Shown here: positions 6,886 to 11,494 of the stretch, piece by piece
Numbering within the stretch: position 1 is the first letter of the stretch
Layout: each line of letters begins with the position of its first letter
Source: Bdellovibrionota bacterium
GTDB lineage: Bacteria; Bdellovibrionota_C; UBA2361; JBGSMV01
Direction of reading: 5' to 3'
Assembly (NCBI GenBank): GCA_044356455.1
Contig: JBIKWF010000126.1
Coordinates: 1 to 11,494, forward strand
Length of the DNA: 11,494 bases
Program-made: the position numbers and the translations under genes
Notes under the pieces: model-generated
What the model saw: the letters and a program-made list of their open reading frames with translations, nothing else
Database searches by the model: none
Told to the model about the DNA's origin: nothing

Positions 6886-8094
6886 ATGGCAGTCACCATT
6901 CAAGATATTGAACAAGCACTCCAGCGAATTCGCCCCATTCTTGCCCCCACCCAACTTGCCTTCTCGCAGTCGTTCTCAAACTTTACCGGGCGAGATGTTT
7001 TCATCAAATGGGAGAACAAACTTCGCACGGGATCGTTTAAGGAACGTGGAGCCATTAGCGTCCTTACGCTACTAACCGAGGAGCAGAGGAAAAAGGGGGT
7101 CTGTGCGGCGAGCGCGGGTAATCACGCCCTCGCACTCAGCTACCACGCCGCGCGTATGAAAGTGCCCTGCACTATCGTCATGCCGACCACTGCTCCTCTG
7201 ATTAAGGTAGAGTCGACTCAAAAGACAGGTGCCGAAGTCATTCTTTTCGGGAACAACTTCGACGAAGCTTATGACTATTGCCTCAAGCTTGCAGCTGAGA
7301 GAGGCATTGAATTCGTGTCAGCGTTTGATGACGAACGAGTAGTCGCGGGACAAGGTACCAGCGGCCTAGAAATCATGGAGCAACTGTCCAGTTTTGATGC
7401 CGTTATCGTGCCTGTTGGTGGCGGAGGACTCATGGGCGGAATCGCCACCGCAATCAAGGCAAAGCGAAAAGAAGTCCTAACCCTAGGGGTGTACTCAGAA
7501 TGGGCGACACACGCCAAAAAAGATCTTGCGGCAGGCGTCGCTCGCCCCGCACTGCCTAGCGCCACCATAGCGGATGGTATTGCGGTAAAGCGCGCGGGCA
7601 AAATTACACAACCGATTCTCGACGCCGTGGTAGATAAGAAGGTCACCGTGAGCGAGTCAGAAATTGCGCGCGCGATAGTCAAACTTCTTGAGTTTGAGAA
7701 GACTGTGGTCGAAGGCGCAGGGGCCGCCGGAATTGCAGCCTTACTCGCGGGAGCCCTTCCTCCCGAATGCAAGCGCGTCGTGGTGCTGGTCTGCGGAAGC
7801 AACATCGACATGAATGTTCTTTCGAGACTACTTGAAAGAGACATGGCGGAACGCGGCAGACTGCTGAACATCAGAGTCTCGGTTCCCGATCGACCAGGCT
7901 CGCTGCACTTCACCACCGGCATCGTGGCCCGTGCCGGAGCCAATATTTTACACGTGCTGCATGACCGATCGTTTTCGCGGGAGCCCAGCAATGTAGATAT
8001 TACTCTTGAGCTTGAGGTCAGGAATAAGGCTCACAAAGAAACCTTGCTGCAGGAGCTTGCGGCTAATGGCATTGAAGCCCAAGTGACGGATTAA
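6886..8094 (+). CDS. ilvA: Threonine ammonia-lyase (threonine dehydratase), PLP-dependent, with a single C-terminal ACT domain
   Basis: K.EN...TGSFKERGA (PLP lysine), ASAGNHA, PVGGGGL, TIADGIAVK, VEGAGA, GSNID and the ACT motif VPDRPGSL. Biosynthetic versus catabolic (tdcB-like) role cannot be decided from sequence. Confidence 0.93.
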   Translation: MAVTIQDIEQALQRIRPILAPTQLAFSQSFSNFTGRDVFIKWENKLRTGSFKERGAISVLTLLTEEQRKKGVCAASAGNHALALSYHAARMKVPCTIVMPTTAPLIKVESTQKTGAEVILFGNNFDEAYDYCLKLAAERGIEFVSAFDDERVVAGQGTSGLEIMEQLSSFDAVIVPVGGGGLMGGIATAIKAKRKEVLTLGVYSEWATHAKKDLAAGVARPALPSATIADGIAVKRAGKITQPILDAVVDKKVTVSESEIARAIVKLLEFEKTVVEGAGAAGIAALLAGALPPECKRVVVLVCGSNIDMNVLSRLLERDMAERGRLLNIRVSVPDRPGSLHFTTGIVARAGANILHVLHDRSFSREPSNVDITLELEVRNKAHKETLLQELAANGIEAQVTD

Positions 8095-8243
8095 GCGCTA
8101 AAGGCGCGACTTGATCTTGCAGGCAGTCTCCAGGCGGTATTTGCCGCTGATTTTAACACGAAGCCGCCTACGCCCCTTGGCGGCGGCGAGCCCGACTTTA
8201 GTGCGGCCTTGGCGGAGACCGGGGCGCGAAGGTATTGATTAAT

Positions 8244-8279
8244 CTTCCCTTCGTGTCCATCGCGTCCTTCGCGTTATAA
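8244..8279. repeat. Single arm of the 9-nt-period repeat family
   Basis: CTTCCCTTCGTGTCCATCGCGTCCTTCGCGTTATAA aligns with 5532-5570 (CTTCCCCTTCGTGTTCTTAGTGTTCTTAGTGGTTTATAA). Confidence 0.6.
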
Positions 8280-8436
8280 GCTTTGCTCTCGAATTGCCTA
8301 CCCCTACATGGACGGGAAGCTCAGGCCCAGATTCTGCAGTCAAGACTGCGCTATATCGCTTCCCACATAAGAAATGGTGTTCATCCCGAAAGATTCTTGC
8401 TAGGGTCCAAACGACTGCGGTTTCAAGGAGATTGGA

Positions 8437-9177
8437 ATGTCCCCTCCTCCGGAAATTCGCCAGAATGGCGCTCAGCAAAACGCTGCAGCGCTTGATCGTG
8501 GTGCGTCTCTCCCGGCATCCTCTCCTGATGTCCACCTGCCCCCGTCGCCGCCTCCCGAAAGAAAACTCATGGGGGGGAGCCCTCTTAGTTCTCAAATTGT
8601 TTCCAGCGCATCAACCTCACAAGTACCTCTCTCGGCGCCTCCCGAGACTGCGGCTCGCCTAAACCCGAGCACGCCTTCGTTTGCTATTTCGCAGTCTCCC
8701 TATTCGGCTCCCTATTCGGCTCCCTATTCGGCTCCCAATTTGGCCGCGCCTGCTGCGCCCACCCCTCTCGGCATTAATCGCCAGGAACTCTTTGATCAGC
8801 GCCAGAAGATGGTTCTTGCAATGGGGAGAACTCTCGAGAGGGAGAGAAAGACGACCCAGCAAAGAGCATCCCACACCAAACATGGCACCGAAGGCCATTT
8901 ACGCGAGGGGCTCTTCGTGAGGCTCCTTCAAGCATTGGGTCTGCTTGGAGAGACAAAGTCTCCTCAGGGACCTCAGACTATTCTCGACAGACTCGTTTCT
9001 TTTCTTGCTGCCACTTTAAAGCGCATGGATCTCGCGCTCTTTAGAAAATCTGCGGCAATACCACGCCCCGCAGTGCAAAAAGCGACTACTATTGAAGAAC
9101 GAGAAGAGATGGCCGAAGGCTCAACCGATGCGGCTATCCCAATGAATGAACGCTCGGGGCCTTCCGCAGGAATCTAA
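8437..9177 (+). CDS. Hypothetical protein with a Pro/Ser-rich, probably disordered N-terminal half and a helical C-terminal half
   Basis: AAGGAG at 8425-8430, ATG at 8437, in-frame stop upstream at 8401, and a stop abutting the repeat element. No family recognised. Confidence 0.7.
   Translation: MSPPPEIRQNGAQQNAAALDRGASLPASSPDVHLPPSPPPERKLMGGSPLSSQIVSSASTSQVPLSAPPETAARLNPSTPSFAISQSPYSAPYSAPYSAPNLAAPAAPTPLGINRQELFDQRQKMVLAMGRTLERERKTTQQRASHTKHGTEGHLREGLFVRLLQALGLLGETKSPQGPQTILDRLVSFLAATLKRMDLALFRKSAAIPRPAVQKATTIEEREEMAEGSTDAAIPMNERSGPSAGI
8696..8736 (+). repeat. In-frame 12-bp tandem repeat (CTCCCTATTCGG x3 plus 5 nt) encoding PYSA x3
   Basis: Identical units at 8696, 8708 and 8720. Confidence 0.95.
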
Positions 9178-9306
9178 GGAACCTCTGAAAAACCTCGATA
9201 TCTTATTTTTTTCTCCGCGATCTCTGTGTCCTCTGTGGTTTTTTGAGCAATATAAATCAACCACAGAGGGCACAGAGATCACAGAGTGGACTATTTCAGG
9301 TGATCT
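9178..9306 (+). mobile_element. MITE-like palindromic element, copy 2 (129 bp; right end decayed)
   Basis: Left end GGAACCTCTGAAAAA, right end TATTTCAGGTGATCT. Flanks CTAA (9174-9177) and TTAG (9307-9310). Inner 22-bp stem 9219-9240 / 9259-9280 with one G-T pair. Confidence 0.85.
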
Positions 9307-10134
9307 TTAGAATCCTGTAACCGCTTGCTTCAGCAGCTCTGCTTGCTCAGGTCGTTGGTTTCTTACCTGATCGAGCACTGCCGCAGCTTCTGACTTCTGC
9401 TCAGGGCTTTGAGCAACTCTTTGCAAAGTGACCACCGCACCTGCGAAGACATACTGACTTGAAAGCGCAAGGTCCTTAAGAAGTGTAAAGCCTTCAGCGA
9501 AACGAGCATCATCGTCAACAAGCACTCGAGCGCGAGCAAGAGTTGCAAGCTCCGCGGCAAACTGGGCCCCCTTGCCACGTGCTTCGGCTGTTCGCCAGTC
9601 GTCGGTCTGGAGAATCTGGGCTGCAGTTGCCTTGTCAGAAGAAAGGGCGGCAGCAAGGCCCCGATAGAGCGGAACAAAACTCGTGTAAGGCTCCGCGGTG
9701 TCGCCAAGAGACTTGACCGTGTCCTCCAACCGATTTTGTGCCTCGGAAAGCGCCAGTTCAGCGTCCGAAAGTTTCTTTCTCGACTCTTCGTCCATAGTCA
9801 CGAGGGAAACTTTGAGCTCCGCAAGCTTCTTCGATTTCTCAGCAAGATCGGTAAGCTGATCGCTCGCGCGCGCATAGAGCTCCGAGTAGTCCCCAAGGCG
9901 CTCGTCTTTTGTCTCCTGGAAACGCTGCCATGCGAAGCTTCCAAAGAGTACCGCCGCAACCACGACCACAAGCTGCCGCCAATTCTTCGTGAGCGTGCGA
10001 AAGAGTGGATCTTCAGTAACAGCCCTTGAAAGCTCCGGATCCGTAAAGATATCGTGCTGAGGGTTGTCGTTCTCGGTTGCACCACCAGAGCTAATGATGG
10101 GCTTATTCGTCATGGGGGTAGAGTTTGTTTGCAC
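9307..10134 (-). CDS. Single-pass membrane protein with a helical, TPR-like soluble region; YfgM-like architecture
   Basis: KNWRQLVVVVAAVLFGSFAWQRFQ...YSELY resembles the YfgM N-terminal anchor, and the rest is Ala/Leu-rich and helical. Alternative ATG at 10113. Confidence 0.65.
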   Translation of the reverse strand: MQTNSTPMTNKPIISSGGATENDNPQHDIFTDPELSRAVTEDPLFRTLTKNWRQLVVVVAAVLFGSFAWQRFQETKDERLGDYSELYARASDQLTDLAEKSKKLAELKVSLVTMDEESRKKLSDAELALSEAQNRLEDTVKSLGDTAEPYTSFVPLYRGLAAALSSDKATAAQILQTDDWRTAEARGKGAQFAAELATLARARVLVDDDARFAEGFTLLKDLALSSQYVFAGAVVTLQRVAQSPEQKSEAAAVLDQVRNQRPEQAELLKQAVTGF

Positions 10135-10251
10135 ACTCGTCTCTTGAAAACGCGTCTGCTGTAGACGCTGTGTAATTATTCCGTAGCACCTCGTAGGGCG
10201 CAGCCTACAAGACCAGTACCACCTACTAGGCCATTAAGCCTGGAAGGTTAG

Positions 10252-10383
10252 GCAGCCTCTGAAAAACCTCGATATTTCATTTTTTCTCTCTGCGCTCTCT
10301 GTGTCCTCTGTGGTTTTTTCACTATTCAAATCAACCACAGAGGGCACAGAGATCACAGAGCAGACTTTTTCAGAGTAGCTTCC
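10252..10383 (+). mobile_element. MITE-like palindromic element, copy 3 (132 bp)
   Basis: Ends GCAGCCTCTGAAAAA and TTTTTCAGAGTAGCTTCC. TTAG direct repeats at 10248-10251 and 10384-10387. Inner stem 10296-10315 / 10333-10352. Confidence 0.85.
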
Positions 10384-10397
10384 TTAGCAAAGAAATG

Positions 10398-10463
10398 AGC
10401 CCTTAATCTAAGAAGCCCTTAATCTAAGAAGCCCTTAATCTAAGAAGCCCTTAATCTAAGAAG
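10398..10463. repeat. Perfect tandem repeat (AGCCCTTAATCTAAGA)x4
   Basis: Identical 16-mers start at 10398, 10414, 10430 and 10446, with no spacers. Confidence 0.97.
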
Positions 10464-10470
10464 ATTGAAG

Positions 10471-11064
10471 CTACATCTTATATTTGAAGTCGTCAGGGTC
10501 AAGATTATCTAATATCTCTGTCCACTGAGACTTATCGACTGCCGCCAGGTCTGAAGGCTTATTCTCGTCGCCCTCCTGCCCTTCCTCTGAACTCTGCTCA
10601 GAACCCTCAGGATTTTTCTGCTGGCCTGGCACAGGCGCTCCTGGAACCTGAGCAAAGGTTACCTTGGCCTGCTCAAGAACCTGCTGGGTCACATATATCG
10701 GAGCTGAGGCCCTAAGAGCCATCGCAATTGCGTCGCTTGGTCTCGAATCGAATATAAGAGCCTTCTCACCTACCGAAACAACAAGCTCCGCATAGTAAGT
10801 AGAATCTTTTAACTCGGTAATAACAATCCGCTCGATGCGGCCCCCGATCTCATTCATGACGTTCATCATGAGATCATGGGTAAGCGGACGAGCCATGGCG
10901 ATTTGCTTAATGGCGCTCGCAATTGAGGTCGCCTCAGCCACACCAATCCAGATGGGAAGTACCACCTCGCCTGCCTCATCCTTTAGTACCACTACTGGTG
11001 CTTGAGTATTTGGGTCGAGCATGAGCCCACCCACAAACATCTCAATTGCCTTTTCATTTGTCAT
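10471..11064 (-). CDS. Bifunctional nuclease family protein (DUF151)
   Basis: PVVVLKD, LPIWIG..EA.SI, RPLTHDL, DSRPSDAIA.ALR...PIYV and a C-terminal L.NLDPDDF.YKM. AGGA lies upstream of the ATG. Confidence 0.93.
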   Translation of the reverse strand: MTNEKAIEMFVGGLMLDPNTQAPVVVLKDEAGEVVLPIWIGVAEATSIASAIKQIAMARPLTHDLMMNVMNEIGGRIERIVITELKDSTYYAELVVSVGEKALIFDSRPSDAIAMALRASAPIYVTQQVLEQAKVTFAQVPGAPVPGQQKNPEGSEQSSEEGQEGDENKPSDLAAVDKSQWTEILDNLDPDDFKYKM

Positions 11065-11494
11065 AGAGTCCTAACAAACCGAAGCGAACAGAGAGCTGCG
11101 CCACGCAGTCTCTAAACATAAGGCTCGCCGAGCGAGCCTAACCTCTTAAACTTACGATAATTTTACTATTGGTTGGCGTGGGAGTCCACCAGCAAAAATC
11201 CTTATTATCAGGGCGCAAGGGCTCAGTCGCCTAGAAGCGAGAGATCATCTATGCCGAACCTCCCATAGGTTCCTAAAAACAAGCGGTAGCGCAAAAACTT
11301 CTGGCTACCTGGACGCGAGTCACGAAATCGCAAAGCATTTCAATGCCTTAATAACATCACCGTCCCCCCGGAGAGTCTGTCCCGCAGAAAATTCCTAAAT
11401 TGCTGAGGAAAGATTACGAGTAGTTTCAATTGCTAAGTAGTTGAAGCGCAAGACGTGGGGCCTGGTTTGCCTGAGCAAGAACCGATGCTCCAAT

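Noticed and set aside
7275..7991. 238-aa minus-strand ORF
   Set aside because: Antisense shadow of the threonine ammonia-lyase gene.
8163..8184. GCCGCC/GGCGGC hairpin as the ilvA terminator
   Set aside because: Short stem and no U-tract.
8239..8956. Cluster of overlapping short ORFs (8239, 8283, 8294, 8659, 8681, 8774)
   Set aside because: They overlap the RBS-supported 8437 ORF and have no recognisable features. Their LPIR/IGSR repeats only reflect the 12-bp DNA repeat.
10152..10168. Near-palindrome GCGTCTGC-T-GTAGACGC as an operator
   Set aside because: Single imperfect occurrence with no regulator to link it to.
10398..10463. 16-bp array (and the 9-bp array at 5578-5613) as a CRISPR array
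   Set aside because: Units are contiguous with no spacers and are too short, and there are no cas genes in the window.

Overview
Bacterial chromosomal window of moderate GC with about 12 protein-coding genes and no rRNA, tRNA, CRISPR array or transposase that I can see. Genes in order: the 3' end of a DUF6502-like gene overlapping a Pro/Thr-rich lipoprotein, a DUF2231 membrane protein, a receiver-PP2C (RsbU/SpoIIE-like) phosphatase, a polytopic membrane protein, a Rieske-like lipoprotein lacking its Fe-S ligands, a small hypothetical, an HMG-CoA lyase family enzyme, a threonine ammonia-lyase, a Pro/Ser-rich hypothetical, a YfgM-like protein and a bifunctional nuclease (DUF151). The most unusual structure is intergenic. 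Three copies of a ~130-bp MITE-like element have terminal inverted repeats, YTAR flanks and an internal 9-nt-period hairpin, and two of them fill the gap between convergent stop codons exactly. Two diverged relatives of that hairpin, a perfect 4x16-bp tandem array, and a 17-bp repeat forming stop/start-coupled mini-ORFs in front of the lyase gene are also present. All family calls come from motif recognition, not database searches.
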